This document shows positions 34,448 through 42,669 of a stretch of DNA of 51,479 nucleotides, piece after piece. The notes beneath the pieces were generated by a model. It made no database searches, was not told the DNA's origin, and saw only the letters and a list, made by a program, of their open reading frames with translations. Source of the DNA: Candidatus Omnitrophota bacterium (GTDB taxonomy: Bacteria; Omnitrophota; Gorgyraeia; Gygaellales; Profunditerraquicolaceae); the NCBI GenBank assembly GCA_025453445.1, contig JALOQJ010000004.1:1-51479 (forward strand). Reading direction: 5' to 3'. The stretch's first letter is position 1, and each line of letters opens with the position of its first letter. Both the position numbers and the translations under genes were made by a program.

Positions 34448-35251
34448 ATGGAAAAAATCGGCGTTATCGCCGGGAATAGGAAATTCCCGCTTTTATTATC
34501 AACCGCTGCCAAGAAGAAAAACTGCCATATTGTTGCCGTAGCAATTAAGGGTGACACTTCCCGCCAATTAAAAAAACTCGTCGATAAAATATACTGGCTG
34601 GGCCTGTCGGAATTTTCAAAAATGTTTGAGATTTTTAAATCCGAAGGTATTACCAAACTTGTGATGGCCGGGCAAATCAGCCCGCGGCGTTTGTTTAGCA
34701 AGGAGATACAAAAAGACCCGCAATTAAAAGCGCTTTTGGCGGGTTTAGAGGATAAAAGGGCAGATACTATTTTTGGTGCGATTGCCGAGAAATTAAAACA
34801 GGATGGTTTTGAATTGCTGGATTCAACGCTTTTTTTGCAGGAGTTCTTACCTAAAAAAGGTATCCTTACAAAAATAGAACCTGGATTTGCTACATGGGAA
34901 GATGTCTATTTCGGTTTTGATTTGGCCAAAGCAATAGCTTATCTTGATATAGGCCAGTCTGTTGCCGTAAAAAATAAAGCGATTGTGGCAGTGGAAGCAA
35001 TGGAGGGTACAGACAAGTTAATCCGCCGGGCAGGCAGTATTGGCCGCGCAGGAATTACCTTGGTTAAAGTAAGTAAGCCCAAGCAGGACATGCGTTTTGA
35101 TATACCTGTTGTGGGCCTGAATACCGTAAAAAACCTGATTAAAGTTAAGGCCAGCTGCCTTGCTTTTGAGGCGAGTAAGACCCTTTTTATAGATAAAGAT
35201 GCAAGTATCAGGCTTGCCGAGAAAAAAGGCCTCTCCATAGTTGCGGTATAA
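34448..35251 (+). CDS. lpxI: UDP-2,3-diacylglucosamine pyrophosphatase LpxI (DUF1009 family)
   Basis: IGVIAGNRKFP ... GQSVAVKNKAIVAVEAMEGTDKLIRRAG ... KPKQDMRFDIPVVG. It follows lpxA directly. Confidence 0.8.
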   Translation: MEKIGVIAGNRKFPLLLSTAAKKKNCHIVAVAIKGDTSRQLKKLVDKIYWLGLSEFSKMFEIFKSEGITKLVMAGQISPRRLFSKEIQKDPQLKALLAGLEDKRADTIFGAIAEKLKQDGFELLDSTLFLQEFLPKKGILTKIEPGFATWEDVYFGFDLAKAIAYLDIGQSVAVKNKAIVAVEAMEGTDKLIRRAGSIGRAGITLVKVSKPKQDMRFDIPVVGLNTVKNLIKVKASCLAFEASKTLFIDKDASIRLAEKKGLSIVAV

Positions 35252-35273
35252 AAAATCTTGGAAGCAATTTTGC

Positions 35274-35302
35274 TTGACATCACCTGAATTGTTAGGTATA
35301 AA
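35274..35302 (+). promoter_or_regulatory. Sigma70-type promoter
   Basis: TTGACA (35274-35279), a 17-nt spacer, then TATAAA (35297-35302). An aggagg RBS and the ATG at 35331 lie downstream. Confidence 0.55.
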
Positions 35303-35330
35303 TATAAAGACAAAATAGAAGGAGGTAGCG

Positions 35331-35609
35331 ATGGCAAAGACAACCAGTTCAAAGTCAGCCACGTTTAAACTTTTTGCTCCCAAAGCAAAAAGGGTCAGCT
35401 TAGCAGGAAGTTTTAATAATTGGGACACCAAGGCGCATGCCGCAAAAAAGGATCTAAAGGGCAATTGGGCAGCTAAAATTAGCCTGAAGCCGGGACGGTA
35501 TGAATACAAGTTCTTCGTCGACGGCACATGGATAAATGATCCAAGTTGCAACGGCGGCTGCATAACGAATTCCTTTGGCACCCAAAACTGTATCGTAGAA
35601 ATCAAATAA
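35331..35609 (+). CDS. Stand-alone CBM48 / AMPK-beta-like glycogen-binding domain protein
   Basis: FKLFAPKAKRVSLAGSFNNWD....A.KD..G.W...I.L.PG.YEYKF.VDG.W..DP is the early-set/CBM48 signature. Confidence 0.65.
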   Translation: MAKTTSSKSATFKLFAPKAKRVSLAGSFNNWDTKAHAAKKDLKGNWAAKISLKPGRYEYKFFVDGTWINDPSCNGGCITNSFGTQNCIVEIK

Positions 35610-35614
35610 AGCTA

Positions 35615-35675
35615 AAAATACCCTCAGCCCGATGAATTTATTTAAAAAATTTACTGGTTGAGGGTATTTTATTTA
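35615..35675 (+). terminator. Long-loop hairpin terminator candidate
   Basis: AAAATACCCTCA (35615-35626) pairs perfectly with TGAGGGTATTTT (35659-35670) around a 32-nt AT-rich loop. A T-rich tail follows. Confidence 0.45.
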
Positions 35676-35682
35676 TCCCAAA

Positions 35683-36402
35683 ATGAAATATATCTTTGGC
35701 CCTTTAAAATCCCGCAGGTTAGGTAATTCTTTAGGTATTACCCTAACCCCTTATAAAATATGCACTTTTGATTGTGTTTATTGCCAGTTAGGCAAGACAA
35801 ATGTTTTAACCCGGGAAAGAAAAGAATATATTTTTTCCTCGGAGATTATTGAAGAATTACGGAATTGGTTGGAGGGTCATTCCGCAGAAATAGATTACCT
35901 GCAGTATATTACTCTTTCCGGTTCAGGAGAGCCTACTTTAAATATTCGTATCGGTGATTTGATAAGAGAGATTAAACAGATTTGCAAGATACCGGTGGCA
36001 GTTATTACTAATGGCTCATTGTTGGCTGAAGATTGTTTACGCAGGGAATTAGTTGAAGCAGATTTAATTATTCCTTCCCTGGATGCAGCTACTCAGGCAG
36101 TCTTTGAGAAAATCGACCGGCCAGTCAGCGGAATAACGGTTGATGGAGTCATTGCAGGGTTAATTGTTTTTAGAAAAGAGTACAGAGGGCAGCTTTGGCT
36201 TGAAATAATGCTGGCGGCAGGAATAAATGATGATTTAAGGCAGATTAAAAAATTAAAAGTTGCGATAGATAAGATAAATCCCGATAAAATCCAGTTGAAT
36301 TCTCCTGTGCGTAGTACTACTGAAGCAGGCATCTTACCGGTTAAAAGGCAGAAACTGGAAAAAATAAGGAAAATTCTGGGTGATAGGTGTGAAATAATTT
36401 AA
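35683..36402 (+). CDS. Radical SAM protein (small, COG0731-like)
   Basis: GPLKSRRLGNSLGI...CTFDCVYCQLG contains the CxxxCxxC motif, followed by the SGSGEPTL glycine-rich motif. Its stop is 3 nt before tRNA-Arg. Confidence 0.75.
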   Translation: MKYIFGPLKSRRLGNSLGITLTPYKICTFDCVYCQLGKTNVLTRERKEYIFSSEIIEELRNWLEGHSAEIDYLQYITLSGSGEPTLNIRIGDLIREIKQICKIPVAVITNGSLLAEDCLRRELVEADLIIPSLDAATQAVFEKIDRPVSGITVDGVIAGLIVFRKEYRGQLWLEIMLAAGINDDLRQIKKLKVAIDKINPDKIQLNSPVRSTTEAGILPVKRQKLEKIRKILGDRCEII

Positions 36403-36405
36403 ATT

Positions 36406-36479
36406 GCGCCCATAGCTCAATTGGATAGAGCGTCAGTCTTCGGAACTGAATGTTGCAGGTTCGATTCCTGCTGGGCGCA
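36406..36479 (+). tRNA. tRNA-Arg (anticodon TCG)
   Basis: The acceptor is GCGCCCA/TGGGCGC, the D arm GCTC..GAGC, the anticodon stem TCAGT/ACTGA with loop CTTCGGA, and the T arm GCAGG-TTCGATT-CCTGC. No CCA is encoded. Confidence 0.85.
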
Positions 36480-36530
36480 CTACACTATAAGTGTGAGCCC
36501 GCCCTGAGCGGAGTCGAAGGGCTGGGCGCA
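36480..36530 (+). repeat. GC-rich element copy 1 (CCTGAGC-GGA-GTCGAAGGG) plus a 10-nt duplicate of the tRNA-Arg 3' end
   Basis: The core lies at 36503-36521. GCTGGGCGCA occurs at 36470-36479 (tRNA end) and again at 36521-36530. Confidence 0.7.
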
Positions 36531-36550
36531 TAAAAGGAGAGCATTAGTTT

Positions 36551-36919
36551 ATGATGTATGAAGGAAATGATTTGCGCAAGCATGAACGTATTGCCGGGCA
36601 GTTTGTTATACTATACCGTATCCCCGAAGAGAATTATCGTGCTGATATCTGTCAGACAAAAGATATAAGTTTAGGAGGACTCAATTTTACTGCTAGTAGG
36701 CAATTCGATGAGGGCGCGCATATTGTTTTGGAGATACGCCTGTTCTCTGAGCAGAAAGGCGTAATCATCAAAGGAAAAGTAAAGAAATCCCGGGAAATTG
36801 CCAAAGGCCTTATTTATGATACGCGGCTTGAGTTTTTAAATCTTGACGATATGCAAAAAGAAGCTATTGGCCAGGTAGAAAAAATATTATTGGGGAATAA
36901 ACAAAAAAATAACCCCTGA
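36551..36919 (+). CDS. PilZ-domain c-di-GMP receptor
   Basis: RxxxR (RKHER) and DxSxxG (DISLGG) motifs at canonical spacing. 122 aa. Confidence 0.75.
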   Translation: MMYEGNDLRKHERIAGQFVILYRIPEENYRADICQTKDISLGGLNFTASRQFDEGAHIVLEIRLFSEQKGVIIKGKVKKSREIAKGLIYDTRLEFLNLDDMQKEAIGQVEKILLGNKQKNNP

Positions 36920-36923
36920 ATAG

Positions 36924-37397
36924 TTATCTTTTTATCACTGCTTTCCATTCTTCCAGAAGGTATCCCGGGACTACCCAGTTAATTTTTCCGAAATTTTTTG
37001 AATCAAGGGTTATAGTGGCGCTGCGGGAGGTTAAAATGTAGCGTGCCGTCGGGCCAGAGGCGTCGAAAGAAGCTTCAGTTGTAATAATTTCTTTTTTGTC
37101 ATCAGAGAATGTGCTGCCTAAGAAGGCAATCGGGAAGACCGAAGCAGTAAATTTTATGCTTCCGCTGACAAATATTACTTTTTCCCGTTGTTTGAGGATA
37201 AAGCTGAGCGTGTAATTAGAGTCCGGGCGGTTTTTGGAAAATAGAACCTGGTCAAAATATCCGGCTCCTGCGAAAGAACTGACAACTCTGGTTTTCTGGG
37301 CGTTTTGATCGTAGAATTCCGAAATTCCACAGGTACCTAACGCGGGGGTGGATATAAAAATTATAGCCGCTGTCAGAGAGGCATAAAATCTTTGCAT
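36924..37397 (-). CDS. Hypothetical secreted protein or lipoprotein
   Basis: N-terminal hydrophobic signal with ...PALGTC. I recognise no family. It is the only minus-strand gene in the 13-50 kb block. Confidence 0.4.
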   Translation of the reverse strand: MQRFYASLTAAIIFISTPALGTCGISEFYDQNAQKTRVVSSFAGAGYFDQVLFSKNRPDSNYTLSFILKQREKVIFVSGSIKFTASVFPIAFLGSTFSDDKKEIITTEASFDASGPTARYILTSRSATITLDSKNFGKINWVVPGYLLEEWKAVIKR

Positions 37398-37456
37398 TTT
37401 TCCTCCTTTCTCTAATTATACCACTAAAAATTGGAATAAAGTAATTCTTTAAATAT

Positions 37457-37485
37457 TTGACTAAGGCGGTTATTTAATATAAAAT
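37457..37485 (+). promoter_or_regulatory. Sigma70-type promoter upstream of tRNA-Lys / archease / rtcB
   Basis: TTGACT (37457-37462), a 17-nt spacer, then TAAAAT (37480-37485). Confidence 0.5.
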
Positions 37486-37581
37486 ATTACATTCTACAGG
37501 GAAATTTAGCCCCCTCGCAGTAGTTGCGTTAGCCGTAACTGCCCGGGGTCAATTTTCAGGTAAGTAATAGCAGGAAAATTG

Positions 37582-37648
37582 AGGGCCATTAGCTCAACCC
37601 TTCGACTTTGCTCAGGATTTCGCTAATGGCTTAGATAGGCAATAGATA
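37582..37648 (-). repeat. GC-rich element copy 2 (reverse orientation) plus a 16-nt duplicate of the tRNA-Lys 5' end
   Basis: AGGGCCATTAGCTCAA occurs at 37582-37597 and at 37649-37664 (the real tRNA). The core cccttcgactttgctcagg at 37598-37616 is the reverse complement of CCTGAGC-AAA-GTCGAAGGG. GCCATTAGC (37585-37593) pairs with GCTAATGGC (37622-37630) and encloses the core. Confidence 0.7.
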
Positions 37649-37649
37649 A

Positions 37650-37725
37650 GGGCCATTAGCTCAATTGGCAGAGCAGGACACTCTTAATGTCAAGGTCGTA
37701 GGTTCGACTCCTACATGGCCCACCA
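37650..37725 (+). tRNA. tRNA-Lys (anticodon CTT)
   Basis: The acceptor is GGGCCAT/ATGGCCC, the D arm GCTC..GAGC, the anticodon loop CTCTTAA, and the T arm GTAGG-TTCGACT-CCTAC. CCA is encoded. Confidence 0.85.
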
Positions 37726-37741
37726 TAATTCAAGGTAAAGT

Positions 37742-38158
37742 TTGAAAAATTACGAGATTTTAGAGCATACCGCTGATATCGGCATCCGCGTAAAGGCAAA
37801 AGATTTGGGCGGTTTATTCAAGGCCGCGGCTCAAGCGATATTTGCACTTACCGCAGAGAAACAGCCCTCCAGAGACAGAGAAAAACATAAAGTAATCATT
37901 AACCAAAAAGCAGCCAGCCTTGAAGAATTATTTATTAATTGGCTGAATGAAGTGCTTTCTTTATCGGCAGTAGAAGCAATGGTCTTTGAAGATTTTCAGA
38001 TTAGTAAAATTGATGAGCATAATATTGAAGCTGTGGCTTTGGGCAGCGATATAAAAAATTATAAAATCAATACCGAAATAAAAGCCGCAACATACCACGC
38101 CTTAAAAATTGAAAAAAACAATTCTGGTTGGGTTGCTGAAGTAATCTTTGACGTCTAA
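37742..38158 (+). CDS. Archease (RtcB activator)
   Basis: YEILEHTADIGIRVKA at the N-terminus and KAATYHAL.I near the C-terminus. TTG start. It overlaps rtcB. Confidence 0.85.
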   Translation: MKNYEILEHTADIGIRVKAKDLGGLFKAAAQAIFALTAEKQPSRDREKHKVIINQKAASLEELFINWLNEVLSLSAVEAMVFEDFQISKIDEHNIEAVALGSDIKNYKINTEIKAATYHALKIEKNNSGWVAEVIFDV

Positions 38159-39614
38159 TATGAGTGAAAGTCAAATTAAGCTTGAAAAAATCGATGATTT
38201 TCGCTGGCGTATACCCAGGTCTTACAAGCCGGGGATGCGTGTGCCGGGTTTAATTTACGCCGACGAGAAATTACTTAAGGATATTTATCAGGATAAAGCG
38301 TTAGAGCAGGTGGCTAACGTCGCATTCCTGCCGGGGATTGTAAGTTATTCTCTTGCCATGCCGGATATTCACTGGGGGTACGGTTTTCCTATCGGAGGGG
38401 TTGCGGCAACAGATATTGAAGAAGGGGGAGTAATTTCTCCCGGTGGGGTGGGATTCGACATTAATTGCGGCGTGCGTTTGATGAGAACCAATCTTGAATA
38501 CACTGATGTAAAAGATAAGATCAAAGATTTAGTGTATAGGTTATTTTCTGATGTTCCGGCGGGGGTCGGTTCCAAAGGCGATATCCGGTTAAGCGCTAAA
38601 GAAGAAAAAGAAATTTTAATCAAAGGTTCGCAATGGGCAGTAGCAAATGGCTACGGTATAGAAGATGATTTAGATTGTACTGAAGAACGTGGCGCAATTA
38701 CCGGAGCTGATCCTGATGCTGTTTCTGAGCGAGCATACCAGAGAGGCAAGGCGCAATCCGGGACACTCGGATCAGGGAATCATTTTCTTGAGATACAGGT
38801 AATTGATCAGCTTTACGACGCCGAATTGTCTGATGCTTTTGGTTTGAATTTAGGCCAGATTATGGTGATGATCCATTCCGGTTCGCGGGGCTTAGGCTAT
38901 CAAATCTGCGATGATTATACAAGAAACATGGTGCATTGCTTGCAAAAATATAGTATCACTGTGCCTGATCAACAGTTGGCTTGCGCTCCGGTGAATTCTC
39001 CCGAAGGAAAAAGTTATTTAGGGGCGATGAAATGCGCGGCAAATTATGCCTGGGCAAACCGGCAGTGTTTGATGCACCTTACGCGCCTGAGTTTTGAGAA
39101 AGCTCTTGGGTTGCCTTGGGAAAAATTAGGTATGCAGTTAATTTATGACGTGGCGCATAATATCGCAAAAATAGAGAAGTATGAAATTGAAGGAATTACA
39201 AAGAACCTTTGTGTGCATAGAAAAGGTGCCACCCGCGCTTTTCCTCCGGGCCATCCGGCGCTTCCTGAAAAATACAAATTGACAGGACAGCCGGTAATTA
39301 TTCCGGGGGATATGGCTAGGAATTCTTATTTACTGGTTGGAACAGAAAAAGCTCAGGAAACTTTTTATTCGGCTTGCCACGGAGCCGGACGGGTGAAATC
39401 GCGCACTGCCGCCACCAAGTCAATTAATCTAAATGTTTTATTGAAGGAATTGGAATCTAAGGGTATAATTGTTAAGGCCTCTGGTCGCGGGACAATAGTG
39501 GAAGAAGCGCCTCAGGCTTATAAAAACGTCAACGATGTAGTAGATGTTGTGCATAACGCGGGAATTTCCAAGCGTGTCTGTAGGATGAGGCCGCTTGGCG
39601 TCATTAAGGGTTGA
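38148..39614 (+). CDS. rtcB: RNA 3'-phosphate/2',3'-cyclic phosphate ligase RtcB
   Basis: MPDIHWGYGFPIGGVAA, GGVGFDINCG, GSGNHFLEIQ and HGAGR motifs. The ATG at 38160 is an alternative start. Confidence 0.95.
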   Translation: MTSNMSESQIKLEKIDDFRWRIPRSYKPGMRVPGLIYADEKLLKDIYQDKALEQVANVAFLPGIVSYSLAMPDIHWGYGFPIGGVAATDIEEGGVISPGGVGFDINCGVRLMRTNLEYTDVKDKIKDLVYRLFSDVPAGVGSKGDIRLSAKEEKEILIKGSQWAVANGYGIEDDLDCTEERGAITGADPDAVSERAYQRGKAQSGTLGSGNHFLEIQVIDQLYDAELSDAFGLNLGQIMVMIHSGSRGLGYQICDDYTRNMVHCLQKYSITVPDQQLACAPVNSPEGKSYLGAMKCAANYAWANRQCLMHLTRLSFEKALGLPWEKLGMQLIYDVAHNIAKIEKYEIEGITKNLCVHRKGATRAFPPGHPALPEKYKLTGQPVIIPGDMARNSYLLVGTEKAQETFYSACHGAGRVKSRTAATKSINLNVLLKELESKGIIVKASGRGTIVEEAPQAYKNVNDVVDVVHNAGISKRVCRMRPLGVIKG

Positions 39615-39665
39615 GGGAGCCCTGAGCTTGTCGAAGGGCGACCTCTTGGCGTTATAAAAGGATAA
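39615..39665 (+). repeat. GC-rich element copy 3 (CCTGAGC-TT-GTCGAAGGG) plus a second, synonymous copy of the last 8 codons of rtcB
   Basis: The core lies at 39621-39638. The sequence at 39642-39665 (cct ctt ggc gtt ata aaa gga taa) encodes PLGVIKG*, as does the real end at 39591-39614 (ccg ctt ggc gtc att aag ggt tga). The two copies are 51 nt apart and in frame. Confidence 0.75.
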
Positions 39666-39668
39666 AAA

Positions 39669-40937
39669 ATGCTAGACTTAAAATTCATCAGGGAAAATCA
39701 GGATTTGCTAAAAAAATCTTTAAGCGATCGCGGCTTAACCTTGGATTTGGATAATCTCTTTAAATCCGATGAGAAGCGGCGTAAAGTTTTAAGTGAACTT
39801 GAGGCCTTAAGGCAAGAGAAGAATTTGGCCAATGACGAGATTACTGCTTTGTTAAAAGCTAAAGTTGATGCTAAGCCGAAAATCGCTTCAATGAAAGAAA
39901 TCTCTCTTAAAATCGGCAAGTTAGAAGTTGATCTAAAAGAGATAGAGGTTGAATTAGATAAAGTTACATTAAATATTCCCAATATTCCACATGATTCAAT
40001 ACCGCGGGGAGATGCAACTTGTAATAAAATCGTGCGCACCTGGGGCGAGCCGCCGAAATTAAATTTTAAACCCAAGACGCATATTGAATTAGCGCAAAAA
40101 TTAGATATTATTGATTTAGGCAGGGCAACAAAAATTACCGGCACTAATTTTATCCTTTATAAAGGCTTAGGGGCAAAATTAGAACGCGCTTTGATTAATT
40201 TTATGCTGGACCTGCATACTAAAAAGCACGGCTACACCGAGATTTTCCCGCCATTTTTAGTCAACCGCGCCTCAATGACCGGCACAGGCCAGCTTCCGAA
40301 ATTAGAAGAAGATATGTACCGTTTAAAAGATGACGATCTATTCTTAATCCCTACGGCAGAAGTCCCTGTAACCAATATTTTCCGCGATGAAACTCTTGAT
40401 GAGGATAAGCTGCCGATTTATTACGTTGCCTATTCCGCTTGTTTCAGGAGAGAGGCAGGATCTTATGGAAAAGATACTAAGGGCCTTACCCGAGTCCATC
40501 AATTTGATAAAGTGGAAATGGTAAAGTTTGTCAGGCCTGAAACTTCTTATGATGAGTTGGAAAAGTTAGTGGGTAATGCTGAAGCAGTGCTGCAGGCGCT
40601 GGGCCTGCCTTATCGCGTGGTCATGCTGGCTACTAAGGATCTAAGTTTTTCAGCAAGCAAATGTTATGACTTGGAAGCTTATGCTGTTGGAGTGGATAAG
40701 TGGCTGGAGGTTTCCAGTTGTAGTAATTTTGAGAATTTTCAAGCACGCCGGGCGAATATCAAATTCAGAAGAAAAGAAACAAAGAAAACCGAATTTTTAC
40801 ATACCCTCAATGGCTCAGGTGTAGCTATGGCGCGCACAGTAATTGCCATATTAGAAAATTACCAACAGGAGGATGGTTCAATACTGATACCGGAAGTATT
40901 GCGGCCATATTTGGATGGCAGAGAAAGAATTCCCTAA
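39669..40937 (+). CDS. serS: Seryl-tRNA synthetase
   Basis: [14 protein letters not shown] coiled-coil N-terminus and class II motifs ([25 protein letters not shown]). Confidence 0.95.
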   Translation: MLDLKFIRENQDLLKKSLSDRGLTLDLDNLFKSDEKRRKVLSELEALRQEKNLANDEITALLKAKVDAKPKIASMKEISLKIGKLEVDLKEIEVELDKVTLNIPNIPHDSIPRGDATCNKIVRTWGEPPKLNFKPKTHIELAQKLDIIDLGRATKITGTNFILYKGLGAKLERALINFMLDLHTKKHGYTEIFPPFLVNRASMTGTGQLPKLEEDMYRLKDDDLFLIPTAEVPVTNIFRDETLDEDKLPIYYVAYSACFRREAGSYGKDTKGLTRVHQFDKVEMVKFVRPETSYDELEKLVGNAEAVLQALGLPYRVVMLATKDLSFSASKCYDLEAYAVGVDKWLEVSSCSNFENFQARRANIKFRRKETKKTEFLHTLNGSGVAMARTVIAILENYQQEDGSILIPEVLRPYLDGRERIP

Positions 40938-41604
40938 AATTAATTTAGAAGAGCCGTTGCCAGAAAGCGCAGGAGGCTCCGGCCTAAAGCCGAAGATATC
41001 CGAGTTTACGCGGAAGTTGCTTGTTTTTATCAAGTTTGTCCTTGGGGTCTGTCTCTTACCCTGTGTTTATGCAGTTTCCGCGGCATTTTTAAAACAATTC
41101 GGCCTGATTGATATTTCCATTCAGGATTATTTCTGGCAGGGCGTAATCACGCTGTTGATTATTTATTTATTTATTTGGGAGCCGGTGATAGTTTATACCA
41201 AGGGCCAGAAAATAGTGGAACTGCTTTTTACTTTTTTCAAACCTTTAGTCAGAGTCGCTCCGTATTTACTGCCAATTTACACTATTTTGTTGGTGGCTGT
41301 TTACGGAGTATTGTCGTGGGTATATAAGGACTTGCTTGGGTATTTTGTCTTTATGTTCGGCTTTACATTGGCGCTGCATTTAATTTTCAGTGCCAAAACC
41401 CTGCGGTCAAAAAAGGAAGATTTTTTTAAGACCAATTATATATTTGGTTTTTCTCTGGTTTTTATTATCAACCTGACTTTACTTGCTTTTTTTATCAACC
41501 TGATGTTTGATAAATTTTCCTTCGTAGGGTTCTGCAATGACGTTGTCCGGGTTAGCCGGGGTATTTTTGAGGCAGTTTTTACTCAGCTTTTTATTAATAA
41601 ATAA
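40915..41604 (+). CDS. Hypothetical multi-pass membrane protein
   Basis: About 5 hydrophobic helices, and I recognise no family. It overlaps the serS end by 23 nt, so the start is uncertain. Confidence 0.45.
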   Translation: MAEKEFPKINLEEPLPESAGGSGLKPKISEFTRKLLVFIKFVLGVCLLPCVYAVSAAFLKQFGLIDISIQDYFWQGVITLLIIYLFIWEPVIVYTKGQKIVELLFTFFKPLVRVAPYLLPIYTILLVAVYGVLSWVYKDLLGYFVFMFGFTLALHLIFSAKTLRSKKEDFFKTNYIFGFSLVFIINLTLLAFFINLMFDKFSFVGFCNDVVRVSRGIFEAVFTQLFINK

Positions 41605-41613
41605 ATTATTTTT

Positions 41614-41703
41614 GGTGGGGTGGCTGAGCGGTTGAAAGCGGCAGTCTTGAAAACTGTTGTGGGCATTAGTCCACCCTGGGTTCGAATCCCAGCCCCACCG
41701 CCA
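41614..41703 (+). tRNA. tRNA-Ser (anticodon TGA)
   Basis: The acceptor is GGTGGGG/CCCCACC, the anticodon stem GCAGT/ACTGT with loop CTTGAAA. There is a long variable arm, the T arm is CTGGG-TTCGAAT-CCCAG, and CCA is encoded. Confidence 0.85.
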
Positions 41704-41756
41704 ATTAAACTAATAGATTGTGGGTTTTATTTTAGGGAAATTTAATTGTTTAAAAA

Positions 41757-42668
41757 ATGGCAGAAGTTGTAAATTTACATAAAGATAGCCTTACCGGTTG
41801 TTTTACGCGCGATAGCCTTTTCAGATTTTTAGAGACACTGCATATCGAAGCGAGCGTGAAACATAAGCCTTATTCGCTGGTGCTTATTGATCTGGATCAT
41901 TTTAAAGAGATGAACGATAAGCACGGACACGCCTTTGGTGACGAGATGCTTAAGTATTTTTCAAGCACCTTAAGGCTTAGCCTCGAAACCGATGAAGTTA
42001 ATAATTTAGTGCAGGGGTTTGTTTTTCGTTACGGCGGCGATGAATTCGTTATAGTATTTCCGGACAAAAATCCTGAGCAGGCCTATAAAATTGCAGCAAA
42101 TGTCCTTTATAATATAAAACACAGGCCCTGCCTTTATCATGGCCGTAGGTATAAAATCAGTTTCAGCGGTGGAATGGTGAGTTTTCCCGGAGACGGCCAA
42201 ACTCCGGAAGAATTAATTGAGCATGCCGATAAATCCATGTACTGTTCTAAAAAAACCGGTAAAGGTAAAATTACCTGTTATTCCCGAATTAAGTTTTCTG
42301 GCTTAAAGAACTTTATCCTGTTCATTTTGGTTTTTGTTGTTATAGCCTTACTCCTATTGGTATTTTTAAAATATAAGGATAAGATCCATTTTTTAGGGAA
42401 ACAGGCTAAAGCTAAAAAGGCAGATGTTTTGAAACAATTGAAACGCCAGGTTAAAAAGATAGACGATAAAAATCTTTCTACAGTATATTTGAAAAAAGGC
42501 GGGATATTAAAAGGAACTATAGTCCAGGAAGGTGAACCTTTAATCATCATAGTGGAATTTGATCAGGGTAAGGCTACGTTATCGCTAAAACAGTCGGAGA
42601 TCTCCAGGATCGAGAAGGGTAATTTTACTGCGAACGAAGGTGGATCTCAGAAGTTAAATTCTAAATAA
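41757..42668 (+). CDS. Diguanylate cyclase (GGDEF domain) with a C-terminal membrane anchor and extension
   Basis: LIDLDHFKEMNDKHGHAFGDEML...FRYGGDEFVIVF. A TM helix (FILFILVFVVIALLLLVFL) follows the domain. Confidence 0.8.
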   Translation: MAEVVNLHKDSLTGCFTRDSLFRFLETLHIEASVKHKPYSLVLIDLDHFKEMNDKHGHAFGDEMLKYFSSTLRLSLETDEVNNLVQGFVFRYGGDEFVIVFPDKNPEQAYKIAANVLYNIKHRPCLYHGRRYKISFSGGMVSFPGDGQTPEELIEHADKSMYCSKKTGKGKITCYSRIKFSGLKNFILFILVFVVIALLLLVFLKYKDKIHFLGKQAKAKKADVLKQLKRQVKKIDDKNLSTVYLKKGGILKGTIVQEGEPLIIIVEFDQGKATLSLKQSEISRIEKGNFTANEGGSQKLNSK

Positions 42669-42669
42669 A

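Noticed and set aside
39612-39614. UGA read-through or recoding that would extend RtcB by GSPELVEGRPLGVIKG
   Set aside because: RtcB already ends at the family-typical ...V(I/V)KG. TGA also terminates other well-delimited genes here, such as the transketolase N-subunit at 16256-16258 and the HD-GYP protein at 28250-28252. A standard genetic code is therefore most likely. The in-frame arrangement is still reported as a finding.
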